Position numbers and translations under genes: made by a program. This document shows positions 1-10,357 of a stretch of 64,000 nucleotides of DNA, piece by piece. The notes beneath the pieces are model-generated. The model worked only from the letters and a program-made list of their open reading frames with translations. It made no database searches and was not told where the DNA came from. Source of the DNA: Escherichia phage HP3; sequence record NC_041919.1; one strand, 5' to 3'. Position 1 is the first letter of the stretch. Every line of letters begins with the position of its first letter.

Positions 1-54
1 GTATTTGTATAATAGACCTACTAGTGGTGATAATATTTTCCAAGGAGCATTCTA

Positions 55-321
55 ATGTTTGTTGTTCACACTATTTATGAAAATGAAGGTAATACTACAC
101 GTGATTACGGTCACGTAAATCAATTTTTTAGATGCAATCCAGAATTCCGAGCTCAAAAAGACGAACGAATTTTTAAAAAATGTGTAGAGCAAGGTTTCAT
201 TTACGTCAAGCACTGGATGCAAGGAAATAAAGTTAGAACCACATATCATAAGTCTTTGACTGAGCTTAATGATGAATTGATTTATAATAGAGCTGTAAAC
301 CAAACTCTGAAGGATGAATAA
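55..321 (+). CDS. hypothetical small protein immediately upstream of DNA ligase (30.x-like position)
   Basis: 88-aa ORF; its TAA stop overlaps the ligase ATG (TAATG), suggesting translational coupling; no motif recognised. Confidence 0.45.
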   Translation: MFVVHTIYENEGNTTRDYGHVNQFFRCNPEFRAQKDERIFKKCVEQGFIYVKHWMQGNKVRTTYHKSLTELNDELIYNRAVNQTLKDE

Positions 322-1784
322 TGATTCTTAAAATTCTGAACGAAATAGCATCTATTGGTTCAACTAAGCAGAAGCAAGCAATTCTTGAAAAGAATAAAGA
401 TAATGAATTGCTTAAACGAGTATATCGTCTGACTTATTCTCGTGGGTTACAGTATTATATCAAGAAATGGCCTAAACCGGGTATTGCTACCCAGAGTTTT
501 GGAATGTTGACTCTTACCGATATGCTTGACTTCATTGAATTCACGTTAGCTACTCGGAAATTGACTGGAAATGCTGCAATTGAGGAATTAACTGGATATA
601 TTACTGACGGTAAAAAAGATGATGTTGAAGTTTTGCGTCGGGTGATGATGCGAGACCTTGAATGCGGTGCTTCAGTATCTATTGCAAACAAAGTTTGGCC
701 AGGTTTAATTCCTGAACAACCTCAAATGCTTGCAAGTTCTTATGATGAAAAAGGCATTAATAAGAATATCAAATTTCCAGCCTTTGCCCAGTTAAAAGCT
801 GATGGAGCTCGGTGTTTTGCTGAAGTTAGAGGTGATGAATTAGATGATGTTCGTCTTTTATCACGAGCTGGTAATGAATATCTAGGATTAGATCTTCTTA
901 AGGAAGAGTTAATCAAAATGACTGCAGAAGCTCGCCAGATTCATCCAGAAGGTGTGTTAATTGATGGCGAATTGGTATACCATGAGCAAGTTGAAAAGGA
1001 GCCAGAAGGCCTAGATTTTCTTTTTGATGCTTATCCTGAAATTAGTAAAGCTAAAGAATTCGCCGAAGTAGCTGAATCACGTACTGCATCTAATGGCATC
1101 GCCAATAAATCTTTAAAGGGAACCATTTCTGAAAAAGAAGCACAATGCATGAAGTTTCAGGTCTGGGATTATGTCCCGTTGGTAGAAATATACGGTCTTC
1201 CTGCATTTCGTTTGAAATATGATGTACGTTTTTCTAAACTAGAACAAATGACATCAGGCTATGATAAAGTAATTTTAATTGAAAACCAGGTAGTAAATAA
1301 CCTAGATGAAGCTAAGGTAATTTATAAAAAGTATATTGACCAAGGTCTTGAAGGTATTATTCTCAAAAATATCGATGGATTATGGGAAAATGCTCGTTCA
1401 AAAAATCTTTATAAATTTAAAGAAGTAATTGATGTTGATTTAAAAATTGTAGGAATTTATCCTCACCGTAAAGACCCTACTAAAGCGGGTGGATTTATTC
1501 TTGAATCAGAGTGTGGAAAAATTAAGGTAAATGCTGGTTCAGGCTTAAAAGACAAAGCCGGCGTAAAATCGCATGAACTTGACCGTACTCGCATTATGGA
1601 AAACCAAAATTATTATATTGGAAAAATTCTAGAGTGCGAATGCAACGGTTGGTTAAAATCTGATGGCCGCACTGATTACGTTAAATTATTTCTTCCGATT
1701 GCGATTCGTTTACGTGAAGATAAAACTAAAGCTAATACATTCGAGGATGTATTTGGTGATTTTCATGAGGTAACTGGTTTATGA
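321..1784 (+). CDS. 30: ATP-dependent DNA ligase (T4 gp30)
   Basis: 487 aa, same length as T4 DNA ligase; N-terminus MILKILNEIASIGSTKQKQAILEKNKDNELLKRVYRLTYSRG matches my recollection of T4 ligase; adenylation motif KADGARCF (KxDG); synteny with alt. Confidence 0.95.
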   Translation: MILKILNEIASIGSTKQKQAILEKNKDNELLKRVYRLTYSRGLQYYIKKWPKPGIATQSFGMLTLTDMLDFIEFTLATRKLTGNAAIEELTGYITDGKKDDVEVLRRVMMRDLECGASVSIANKVWPGLIPEQPQMLASSYDEKGINKNIKFPAFAQLKADGARCFAEVRGDELDDVRLLSRAGNEYLGLDLLKEELIKMTAEARQIHPEGVLIDGELVYHEQVEKEPEGLDFLFDAYPEISKAKEFAEVAESRTASNGIANKSLKGTISEKEAQCMKFQVWDYVPLVEIYGLPAFRLKYDVRFSKLEQMTSGYDKVILIENQVVNNLDEAKVIYKKYIDQGLEGIILKNIDGLWENARSKNLYKFKEVIDVDLKIVGIYPHRKDPTKAGGFILESECGKIKVNAGSGLKDKAGVKSHELDRTRIMENQNYYIGKILECECNGWLKSDGRTDYVKLFLPIAIRLREDKTKANTFEDVFGDFHEVTGL

Positions 1785-1969
1785 AAGCTTACTTAGAAAC
1801 AATTGTCATTGCTCAAAAAGAAGGTGGAGATGTTTCTACTTCTGTATCACAAGTCATTCTCGAATTTGTAGATGCATACGCTTATAATAAATTTACAGAA
1901 ACATTTGATGCCTATGAAAAAGGACCAAAGTTTGAAATATATCGTACTCTCTTACCACTAGATTACTAA
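1781..1969 (+). CDS. hypothetical small protein
   Basis: 62-aa ORF overlapping the ligase stop by ATGA; followed by a hairpin and a late-promoter box. Confidence 0.4.
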   Translation: MKAYLETIVIAQKEGGDVSTSVSQVILEFVDAYAYNKFTETFDAYEKGPKFEIYRTLLPLDY

Positions 1970-1970
1970 A

Positions 1971-1988
1971 GGCCTTCGGGCCTTTAAT
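1971..1988 (+). terminator. GC hairpin ggccttcgggcc followed by T-rich tract
   Basis: UUCG-type tetraloop hairpin directly after the ORF stop. Confidence 0.5.
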
Positions 1989-1990
1989 TT

Positions 1991-1998
1991 TATAAATA
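1991..1998 (+). promoter_or_regulatory. T4 late promoter box TATAAATA upstream of alt
   Basis: exact TATAAATA about 20 nt upstream of the ATG at 2019. Confidence 0.55.
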
Positions 1999-2018
1999 GA
2001 ATAAACACTAGAGAGGCT

Positions 2019-4076
2019 ATGATGGAACTTATTACAGAATTATTTGACGAAGATACTACTCTTCCGATTACAAACTTAAATCCAAAGAAGAAAATACCGC
2101 AAATTTTTTCAGTTCATGTTGATGATGCAATTGAACAACCAGGCTTTCGTTTATGTACCTATACATCTGGAGGTGATACTAATCGCGATTTAAAAATGGG
2201 CGATAAAATGATGCATATTGTTCCTTTTACATTAACTGCTAAAGGTTCAATTGCTAAATTAAAAGGTCTTGGTCCAAGCCCAATTAATTATATCAATTCA
2301 GTTTTTACTGTTGCAATGCAAACAATGCGTCAGTATAAAATTGATGCTTGTATGCTTCGTATTCTTAAGTCTAAAACCGCTGGTCAAGCTCGACAAATTC
2401 AAGTTATTGCTGATAGACTTATCCGTAGTCGTTCAGGTGGCAGATACGTCCTTCTTAAGGAACTCTGGGATTATGATAAAAAGTATGCATATATTCTTAT
2501 ACATCGCAAAAATGTATCACTAGAAGACATTCCAGGAGTTCCGGAAATTAGTACCGAGCTCTTTACTAAAGTTGAATCGAAGGTCGGTGATGTTTATATC
2601 AATAAAGATACCGGAGCTCAAGTAACCAAAAATGAGGCAATTGCAGCATCTATTGCACAAGAAAATGATAAACGTTCTGACCAAGCTGTAATCGTTAAAG
2701 TTAAAATTTCCCGTAGAGCAATTGCACAAAGTCAGTCATTGGAATCTTCTAGATTTGAAACACCGATGTTTCAAAAATTTGAGGCTTCAGCGGCAGAATT
2801 AAATAAACCAGCGGACGCGCCTTTAATTTCTGATTCTAATGAATTAACGGTAATTTCTACTTCAGGATTTGCACTAGAGAATGCTCTTAGCAGTGTTACA
2901 GCTGGGATGGCATTCAGAGAAGCTTCTATAATTCCTGAAGATAAAGAATCCATTATTAATGCAGAAATAAAAAATAAAGCTTTAGAAAAATTACGAAAAG
3001 AATCTATTACTTCAATAAAAACTTTAGAAACTATTGCTTCTATCGTCGATGATACTTTAGAAAAATATAAAGGTGCTTGGTTTGAAAGAAATATTAACAA
3101 ACATTCGCATTTAAATCAAGATGCTGCGAATGAGTTAGTACAAAATTCTTGGAATGCAATAAAAACAAAGATTATTCGAAGAGAATTGCGTGGATATGCT
3201 CTTACCGCTGGATGGTCACTACATCCTATAGTCGAAAATAAAGATTCATCTAAATACACACCAGCACAAAAACGCGGAATTCGTGAATACGTAGGTTCAG
3301 GATATGTAGACATAAATAATGCTCTTTTGGGATTATATAATCCAGATGAGCGTACAAGTATTTTGACAGCATCTGACATAGAAAAAGCTATTGATAATTT
3401 AGATTCAGCCTTTAAAAATGGTGATCGATTGCCAAAAGGTATTACTTTATATCGTTCACAGCGAATGTTACCTTCAATATATGAAGCATTGGTAAAAAAT
3501 CGAGTTTTTTATTTTAGAAATTTTGTATCAACATCATTATATCCAAACATTTTTGGTACTTGGATGACTGATTCAGCTGTTGGTGTTTTACCAGATGAAA
3601 AGCGTCTAAACATTTCTATCGATAAAAATGATGAAGGGCTTGTTAATTCTAGCGATAATTTAGTCGGAATTGGATGGGTTATTACTGGGGCTGATAAAGT
3701 CAATGTTGTTTTACCCGGTGGAAGTTTAGCGCCTTCAAATGAAATGGAAGTTATTTTGCCACGTGGATTAATGGTCAAAGTTAATAAAATAACTGATGCA
3801 TCTTACAATGATGGAACAGTTAAAACTAACAACAAGCTTATTCAAGCTGAAGTTATGACCACGGAAGAGCTCACCGAATCGGTAATCTATGACGGAGACC
3901 ATTTAATGGAAACTGGTGAATTGGTTGCAATGACAGGTGATATTGAAGTAGAAGACAGAGTTGACTTTGCATCATTTGTTTCATCAAATGTTAAACAGAA
4001 AGTAGAATCATCTCTTGGAATTATTGCGTCTTGTATAGATATTGCAAACATGCCTTACAAGTTCGTTCAAGGATAA
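2019..4076 (+). CDS. alt: Alt-family ADP-ribosyltransferase, packaged and injected (copy 1)
   Basis: 685 aa (T4 Alt is about 682 aa); N-terminus MELITELFD...; conserved core CTYTSGGDTN...KMMHIV...QYKIDAC; ART-like R/STS/E elements (LYRSQ, FVSTSL, EVILPRG); position between gene 30 and gene 54. Confidence 0.85.
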   Translation: MMELITELFDEDTTLPITNLNPKKKIPQIFSVHVDDAIEQPGFRLCTYTSGGDTNRDLKMGDKMMHIVPFTLTAKGSIAKLKGLGPSPINYINSVFTVAMQTMRQYKIDACMLRILKSKTAGQARQIQVIADRLIRSRSGGRYVLLKELWDYDKKYAYILIHRKNVSLEDIPGVPEISTELFTKVESKVGDVYINKDTGAQVTKNEAIAASIAQENDKRSDQAVIVKVKISRRAIAQSQSLESSRFETPMFQKFEASAAELNKPADAPLISDSNELTVISTSGFALENALSSVTAGMAFREASIIPEDKESIINAEIKNKALEKLRKESITSIKTLETIASIVDDTLEKYKGAWFERNINKHSHLNQDAANELVQNSWNAIKTKIIRRELRGYALTAGWSLHPIVENKDSSKYTPAQKRGIREYVGSGYVDINNALLGLYNPDERTSILTASDIEKAIDNLDSAFKNGDRLPKGITLYRSQRMLPSIYEALVKNRVFYFRNFVSTSLYPNIFGTWMTDSAVGVLPDEKRLNISIDKNDEGLVNSSDNLVGIGWVITGADKVNVVLPGGSLAPSNEMEVILPRGLMVKVNKITDASYNDGTVKTNNKLIQAEVMTTEELTESVIYDGDHLMETGELVAMTGDIEVEDRVDFASFVSSNVKQKVESSLGIIASCIDIANMPYKFVQG

Positions 4077-4079
4077 ATC

Positions 4080-6137
4080 ATGGAACTTATTACAGAATTA
4101 TTTGACGGCGCTTCGGCGCCGGTTGTTAACTTAAATCCTAAGCATAAAATACCACAAATTTTTGCTATTCAAGCCGGCGAAGAAAGCGTGCTTCCTGGAT
4201 TTAGATTTTGTACATACACCTCTGGTGGTGATACGAATAAAAACGTTAAGCCAGGCGATAAAATGATGCATATCGTAATGATAGGTGTTAATGAGAAACT
4301 ATCATTAGTTAAGCTTAAAAACTTGGGTGGAAATCCAATTGGTGTCATTAATGCCGTTTTTGATACTGCTCTTCAAACAATGAAACAGTATAAAATCGAC
4401 GCATGCCTATTCCGCGTACTAAAAAGTAAAACAAATGGCGCAGCTCGTCAAATGCAAGTTATTGCTGACCGTTTAGTACGTACTAAAGGAGCAGGTCGAT
4501 ATGTTCTTTTAAAGGAAATCTGGGACTATGATAAGAAATATGCATATATTATGGTTTACCGTAAAAATGCCAATTTAGAAGACATTCCAGGTGTACCTCC
4601 TATTTCAACTGAGTTATTCACAAAAGTTGAATCAAAGGTCGGTGATGTTTATGTAGACGTTAAAACAGGAAATGCTGTTCCTAAAGCTGTTGCTGTTGCT
4701 GCTTCTATTGCTTTAGAAAATGATAAGCGCACGGACCAAGCTGTTATTCAGAAAACTAAAATTAGTCGTCGATTAGCAGCACAAGCTCAATATTCTACTG
4801 TTGATGCTTCACTTCAGGGTGATAGCTTCGCTGCTAAGAAATATCAAGAGTTTGAATCTAAAGTTCCGGTATATAAAGCAGAAGGACCAATGAACTCTGG
4901 CGTTATTCAGATTGGTTCAAACTTCAGCAAAGGAGCTATCGGTGGTATGAGAAGTGCTTCTCGTTTTAAATCTAACGATTATGAACTAGAAAGCTTCCGA
5001 AATCATATTGCATTAGCCCATGCACGTTTACGTGATCCATCTATCAAGTTGCAGAGCGATATAACATATCAAGGTTCTCAAGAATATTTAAAGAATAAAG
5101 AATTCTTTGATTATAAAACTGATAAAATTTTAAGCGATCTTGCTGATATTAATATTTCTAATAGCTTTGATGTTATTAAGAAAATTATTAATGATTTAGT
5201 TAAAGGTTCTAAAACCACACCAGATGAAAAGACAGCTATTATTCAATTTGTAATGAATGGCATTTATAAATTGATTAATGAATCTGCTGCCCAGGCATAT
5301 GAATACGCAAGCACCGAAGTAGCTCCAAAAGGACTGACTCAGGCTGAATCTGATGTAATTGAAGATTATTGTGCAGATTCATATGTTGAAATGAACTCGT
5401 TCCTTTTGGGTAAACCAGATTCTACCCGTGAAGAATACATGGAACGAGCTATTAAGCACATCGAGACGTTAGATTCTGCCTTTGCCAAAGGATCAGTTCT
5501 TCCTCCAGGAACTACACTTTACCGTGGGCAAGAAGTTACCTTTAAAACTTTGCGTCATAACATTGAAAATAAAATGTTCTATTTCAAGAACTTCGTATCC
5601 ACATCGCTTAAACCAAATATCTTCGGTGAGCATGGTAAAAACTATATGGCTCTAGATGATTCCGGCGCAGTATTTTCTGGTGAAGGAGAAGGTTCCGTTG
5701 ATGCAGAAGATTTGATGCATATGGGTAGTCATTCTACATATGCTAATGAAGATGCAGAAACTAGCGTGGGTATGGTAATTAAAGGAGCTGAGCGAATCAA
5801 AGTTATCGTTCCAGGTCATTTATCAGGATTTCCATCAGAAGCTGAAGTTATTCTACCACGTGGAATTTTACTGAAGATTAATAAAGTAAGTACGTACTTT
5901 ATGAAAGAAACTGCTTATAACAAGTATCTAATCGAAGGTACAATCGTTCCTCCTTCTGAACAATTAGAAGAATCAGTATATGATGGAGACCATCTAATGG
6001 AAACTGGTGAAGTTCGTCCAATGGCTGGATTTAATCAATTCCTTGTAGAAGAATCAAAAGAAGAGGAAAATGAAGTTTCTCAAATCTTGACTTCTTTGGT
6101 TAACATCAACGGAATGTCTAAAAAGTTCAAAATGTAG
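4080..6137 (+). CDS. Alt-family ADP-ribosyltransferase paralog (copy 2), divergent central and C-terminal regions
   Basis: 685 aa; N-terminal ~200 aa clearly homologous to copy 1 (MELITELFD, CTYTSGGDTNK, KMMHIV, QYKIDAC, GRYVLLKE-WDYDKKYAYI, LEDIPGVP-ISTELFTKVESKVGDVY); retains LYRGQ, FVSTSL, EVILPRG; no late promoter of its own, only 3 nt from copy 1 stop. Confidence 0.8.
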   Translation: MELITELFDGASAPVVNLNPKHKIPQIFAIQAGEESVLPGFRFCTYTSGGDTNKNVKPGDKMMHIVMIGVNEKLSLVKLKNLGGNPIGVINAVFDTALQTMKQYKIDACLFRVLKSKTNGAARQMQVIADRLVRTKGAGRYVLLKEIWDYDKKYAYIMVYRKNANLEDIPGVPPISTELFTKVESKVGDVYVDVKTGNAVPKAVAVAASIALENDKRTDQAVIQKTKISRRLAAQAQYSTVDASLQGDSFAAKKYQEFESKVPVYKAEGPMNSGVIQIGSNFSKGAIGGMRSASRFKSNDYELESFRNHIALAHARLRDPSIKLQSDITYQGSQEYLKNKEFFDYKTDKILSDLADINISNSFDVIKKIINDLVKGSKTTPDEKTAIIQFVMNGIYKLINESAAQAYEYASTEVAPKGLTQAESDVIEDYCADSYVEMNSFLLGKPDSTREEYMERAIKHIETLDSAFAKGSVLPPGTTLYRGQEVTFKTLRHNIENKMFYFKNFVSTSLKPNIFGEHGKNYMALDDSGAVFSGEGEGSVDAEDLMHMGSHSTYANEDAETSVGMVIKGAERIKVIVPGHLSGFPSEAEVILPRGILLKINKVSTYFMKETAYNKYLIEGTIVPPSEQLEESVYDGDHLMETGEVRPMAGFNQFLVEESKEEENEVSQILTSLVNINGMSKKFKM

Positions 6138-6197
6138 TTTACAAGTTCCTTATGTTGTGTTATAGTAGTCTTACTGACATAACATGAGGAACACAAA

Positions 6198-6488
6198 ATG
6201 AAATCTTCTTTGCGCTTTTTAGGTCAAGAACTTGTAGTTGAAGGCGTTATTCCTGCTGATAATGCTTTTAATGAAGCAGTTTACGATGAATTTATTAAAA
6301 TTTTTGGAACAGATAAAAAGTTCGGAATTTTTCCTTCTGAAAATTTTTCAAAGCCAGAACAGACTGAAAGCATTTTCCAAGGTGTAGTAACAGGTAAATT
6401 TGAGTCAGAAGCTCCGGTAAAAATTGAAGTTTATATTGAAGACAGTTTAGTTGCTTCAGTTGCTGCTTTTATTTCATTCCGTAAATAA
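6198..6488 (+). CDS. hypothetical small protein downstream of the alt pair
   Basis: 96-aa ORF with a purine-rich RBS (acatgaggaacacaaaATG). Confidence 0.5.
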   Translation: MKSSLRFLGQELVVEGVIPADNAFNEAVYDEFIKIFGTDKKFGIFPSENFSKPEQTESIFQGVVTGKFESEAPVKIEVYIEDSLVASVAAFISFRK

Positions 6489-6494
6489 AAATAT

Positions 6495-6512
6495 GGGGAC
6501 CGAAAGGTCCCC
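6495..6512. terminator. bidirectional hairpin ggggaccgaaaggtcccc between convergent genes
   Basis: perfect GC stem with GAAA loop between the 96-aa ORF stop (6488) and the gene 54 stop (6517). Confidence 0.55.
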
Positions 6513-6516
6513 ATTG

Positions 6517-7482
6517 TTATATTGCTCCTAATATTTTACTTTGCGAATTGACAATTCCTGTCATAGTATTAATGTTTGAAATGCTTCCTGCAGTTCCACC
6601 TAATCTACTGAGTCGTGAAAGCGAATTAGATAGTCCAGTAACACCTCCACTATTTCCGAGAACGCTTTGAATACCATTTATAGCAGCAGATTCAAGCCAT
6701 TCAAGCGCAGCTTGCCTATCAACTGCTCCAGCCTGCATGACTCTATATGCAAAAGTAACATCAAATGTAGTTATTTGGTTATCTCCATCATATGATAACT
6801 CAGGAGCGCTCACTGACACTGGAATGCATCCGGTGAACATTACCGCAGTATGAGGTAATCCATTGCGAGAATGAAGATTAACCTGAATATCTGCCTCGAC
6901 ATCTTGTGGCAAAGCACGCAGTCCAGTTACTGGGTCTTGAACAGCGTTAACCCAGTCTTGCATTGCACGATAGTTACAAGCTTCTGAATCCATTCTAAAT
7001 GAAATAACCAAAGGGTCTAATTCTCTCCCAGTTATACGAATATTAGGAGAGTTGTAGTTCCAGTCAGTTTCATAGGATAATCTATTCTCTGGCATTTTTA
7101 CAGAGTATATCATCAATCCAGATGAGTTATATGCCATGTTAAAGAAGTCAATTAAATATGTACCAACTGTAAATGAGCCTAATAAACTTTGAACTGTACG
7201 TTGACTCATGGCACCAATAAGATATTTACTAACCCCTGATTTTCTTATCAGTTTTTGTGTGCCAGCAGTAATTAGCGTGGTAATTCCCTGATTAATATCG
7301 CCTTGAGACAATCCTAACCAGTCTGAATTTAGACCCAAGTTATTATAAGAAAAGTTGCTAATTGAACTTATCAACGAAGAGCTTTTAGTTGATGGAGTTG
7401 TTGCAAAAACGCAGCTAAACATATTATTACGTTGGAAATCTGCGTTTATTGCTTGATTATTAAATTCCTCTAAAGAATACAT
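6517..7482 (-). CDS. 54: baseplate tail-tube initiator (gp54)
   Basis: 321 aa (T4 gp54 about 320); synteny 54-48-29. Confidence 0.85.
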   Translation of the reverse strand: MYSLEEFNNQAINADFQRNNMFSCVFATTPSTKSSSLISSISNFSYNNLGLNSDWLGLSQGDINQGITTLITAGTQKLIRKSGVSKYLIGAMSQRTVQSLLGSFTVGTYLIDFFNMAYNSSGLMIYSVKMPENRLSYETDWNYNSPNIRITGRELDPLVISFRMDSEACNYRAMQDWVNAVQDPVTGLRALPQDVEADIQVNLHSRNGLPHTAVMFTGCIPVSVSAPELSYDGDNQITTFDVTFAYRVMQAGAVDRQAALEWLESAAINGIQSVLGNSGGVTGLSNSLSRLSRLGGTAGSISNINTMTGIVNSQSKILGAI

Positions 7483-8576
7483 TAAAAAGTCCCCGCATAT
7501 AAAGAAGCACGATTTAACGTGATAATTTCTCTCATAGTAATCTCAAGAGTAAATGTACTAGGGAGGTTTGGAGCAATAGCTAATCCGTTAAAATTACCAT
7601 TCGGAGTTTTATCAAATCTAATACTTTGAATTTGACACGGTCCAAACACTTCTGTTTTTCCGTCAAATTTAGAAGTTGCGCCAAAGTTTTTAACCATCCA
7701 AATTGTCGGGTTTGAAACTACAAGAACGTTAGTTAAACTCGATGTCATTTTCTCAAATAACGTCTTATTTTTAACTGCATCTTCTGGAGTTAATGGCTCA
7801 ATAAAAGTAGAACGGTACCACTCATCTAAATATCCTTTTATTTCAGCAGCATATTGAGATTTACCAGTTTCACCGTAAGAAAAATAGTTAAAATACTGAT
7901 AGATATTAATAATAGCCATTAAATCTTCTGTTGAGCGCGGAGTCAAATCCCAAGTGAACACTTTAGTTCTATTTTCAGCACCGCCGTACATGCTTCTGGC
8001 TGTCGTATAAATCTGTTCATTATTATCAGCCATTATACCTTGTGTTATACTTTCCAGCGCTCCAAATACTGCGGTTGAAGCCATATTGCTTAGCACACCA
8101 GTAGCAGTACCTCCACCTTTTGTAATAAGACTATCTTGAACATCATTAAATCTATGTGATGACGTATCGACGTCAGATTTAGATCTAGGTAAAAGAATAT
8201 TTGCAACAGGAACTTTACTTATTGTTCTTGAATTATTATCTGATATTAGTCCATTTGATAGTTTTGATACTGTATTACTGATAGTGTTTCTGGCTGTACG
8301 TAAAATACTCGAAGATGAAGAAGAGTAGTTAGATCTCATCGTTCTAAGACTTCCAGAATCCCTAGATGACATATTGTATGCAGTAAATAATAATCCATTC
8401 TTATATAGATCTGTTACCTGGAAGTCCCCTGTAGTGTCATTACCACTAGCACGCCCAGTTGGAAACTGGGCTGTGTATGTTTTAGTTCCTACTTCTGATT
8501 TAGTACTCTGTCCGGCTGAAATTGTTTCACCGGACTTTTTAATTAAATCAGCAGTTATTTCTTTAACAATTGCCAT
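7482..8576 (-). CDS. 48: baseplate tail-tube cap (gp48)
   Basis: 364 aa, same as T4 gp48; synteny. Confidence 0.85.
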   Translation of the reverse strand: MAIVKEITADLIKKSGETISAGQSTKSEVGTKTYTAQFPTGRASGNDTTGDFQVTDLYKNGLLFTAYNMSSRDSGSLRTMRSNYSSSSSSILRTARNTISNTVSKLSNGLISDNNSRTISKVPVANILLPRSKSDVDTSSHRFNDVQDSLITKGGGTATGVLSNMASTAVFGALESITQGIMADNNEQIYTTARSMYGGAENRTKVFTWDLTPRSTEDLMAIINIYQYFNYFSYGETGKSQYAAEIKGYLDEWYRSTFIEPLTPEDAVKNKTLFEKMTSSLTNVLVVSNPTIWMVKNFGATSKFDGKTEVFGPCQIQSIRFDKTPNGNFNGLAIAPNLPSTFTLEITMREIITLNRASLYAGTF

Positions 8577-8584
8577 ATTATTCC

Positions 8585-10357
8585 TTAATTAACTCCCGTC
8601 GCACCAAATACACCAGGAGCAGTTGTGCTTGTGACAGGTGTCATATTATGAACGACAGTATTTTTCTTAATAACATTATTAGTATTATTGATTGAAGGAG
8701 ATGCTTGTTGAACAGGAGCTTGTTGTGCTTTGTTCTTTTCAATCACCTGGACCTGTTTTGCTTCTGGTGATTTAGCAGAAGTTTCAGGTTTTGCTTCAGG
8801 TTGATTTTTCTTGAGCTCTTGATAAGTGGCATCAATTTTAGCAAATCTAGAAGCAAGTTCTTTTTTAACTGCTGGTGAATTATTTAAATCCGGATCATTC
8901 ATTCGTTTTTTAAGGTCTTCATGAGCAGCTTCAATTGATTTAACTGTCGAGTCTTTGCTCATATCAGCTGAATCAGCATATTTTTCAAAACGAATCATCG
9001 CAGCACGAGCTTCATTAGCTTTCATTAAAGCATTTTTTCTTTCTTCCGGTGAAAGTTGTTTTAATTTTTCTTCTTCTGCTGCACGTTCTTCGTCAGTAGT
9101 CAATGCTTCTTTATTATCTACACCACGAATCCAGTTAGATGCACGAGTTTTCCAGTTCGCAATTTTGTCTAATCCTTCTGCTATTGGGCCAAGATCATCA
9201 TTCATTCGTTTATCTTGATAATTTGCTACTTTTTCTTGGTCTTCTTTATTAAGAGATGCTCCAGTAGAATTTTGGAAATTTTCTAATGCTCTTCCTTCTA
9301 CTTCATCAGCAGTATCCTTCATGCCAGGAATGACTCGAAGAATTGCTGCAGATAATTTAGCCATACCTAATTGAATAAGCTCTCCTAAATTATAAAGAAC
9401 ACTTCCAAGCCCTTCAACAATAGCTACTGTTAATCCGCCCCAATCTCCAGCTTCCCAGAACTTTTTAATTTCATCAATAGATTCAAAGATGCTTTGTAAT
9501 AAAGGGCCCCAAGTTCCTGTTTCGCTTGAGAAAGTTTTAAAATCAGTGCTAAATAAATCCCAGGCTTTTGAAAATTTATCTGACCAGTATTTAAAATGAA
9601 CCATCAGCAGGTCTATTCCAATAACAACAGCCATTATCAATGCAACCATTTTAGCAGCTTCAATAGCAGCACTGACGGTATACTTAAATAGCATGCTAGA
9701 TATTTTATCAGTAATTGAAATAGATTTCTTAAATCCGAAATCAACTGTCTTTGTTAATTTATCTAAAGCTTGAGATAATTTTAAGTTAAATGCGTCTCTT
9801 TTTTGCTTCTCTTCTGGAGACTCTTGTTTTGGTTCAATTGGCTGAGGAGTAGGGAAAAAATCAGCATCAGGATCATTATTAACTGCTTCAGGAGCCGGTA
9901 ATAAAGGACCCACAGATTCAGCTGTATCATCCTCGACGACTTTAACAGGAATAGCATTTTCTACTACTGCTAAACTCGTTCCAGTCTGTTGAATTCCAGC
10001 TGTTTGAATTTTTTGTTCTAATAAACTCGTTAATTTATCTAATTTGCTTCCGAGTGATTCGCCTATTTCTTTATTGATATTATTGCCAATTTCAACAGTC
10101 TCGGCAATTAACTCAGAACCAGCAGTAGTATCACTCACTGCGCTTTCTACATTGTCAATTGCTCCAATTATTTCATTCGATTTTTCTTCGACAGTTTGAG
10201 CAATTAATTCAGAAGCAGCTTGAGCATCATCCAATTTCGTAGATATATCGTTAAGCCCAGATAAAGTGTTGGAAGCGGATTTAGCCGCTTCCTGTGTTGG
10301 TTTATTATCTGAAATAACTTTTCTACGCATCGTTTGCATTTCTTGTGGCTTTTTCAT
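8585..10357 (-). CDS. 29: tail length tape-measure protein (gp29)
   Basis: 590 aa, same as T4 gp29; synteny. Confidence 0.85.
   Translation of the reverse strand: MKKPQEMQTMRRKVISDNKPTQEAAKSASNTLSGLNDISTKLDDAQAASELIAQTVEEKSNEIIGAIDNVESAVSDTTAGSELIAETVEIGNNINKEIGESLGSKLDKLTSLLEQKIQTAGIQQTGTSLAVVENAIPVKVVEDDTAESVGPLLPAPEAVNNDPDADFFPTPQPIEPKQESPEEKQKRDAFNLKLSQALDKLTKTVDFGFKKSISITDKISSMLFKYTVSAAIEAAKMVALIMAVVIGIDLLMVHFKYWSDKFSKAWDLFSTDFKTFSSETGTWGPLLQSIFESIDEIKKFWEAGDWGGLTVAIVEGLGSVLYNLGELIQLGMAKLSAAILRVIPGMKDTADEVEGRALENFQNSTGASLNKEDQEKVANYQDKRMNDDLGPIAEGLDKIANWKTRASNWIRGVDNKEALTTDEERAAEEEKLKQLSPEERKNALMKANEARAAMIRFEKYADSADMSKDSTVKSIEAAHEDLKKRMNDPDLNNSPAVKKELASRFAKIDATYQELKKNQPEAKPETSAKSPEAKQVQVIEKNKAQQAPVQQASPSINNTNNVIKKNTVVHNMTPVTSTTAPGVFGATGVN

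Noticed and set aside
8955-9218. 87-aa plus-strand ORF inside gene 29
   Set aside because: Antisense shadow ORF within the tape-measure gene
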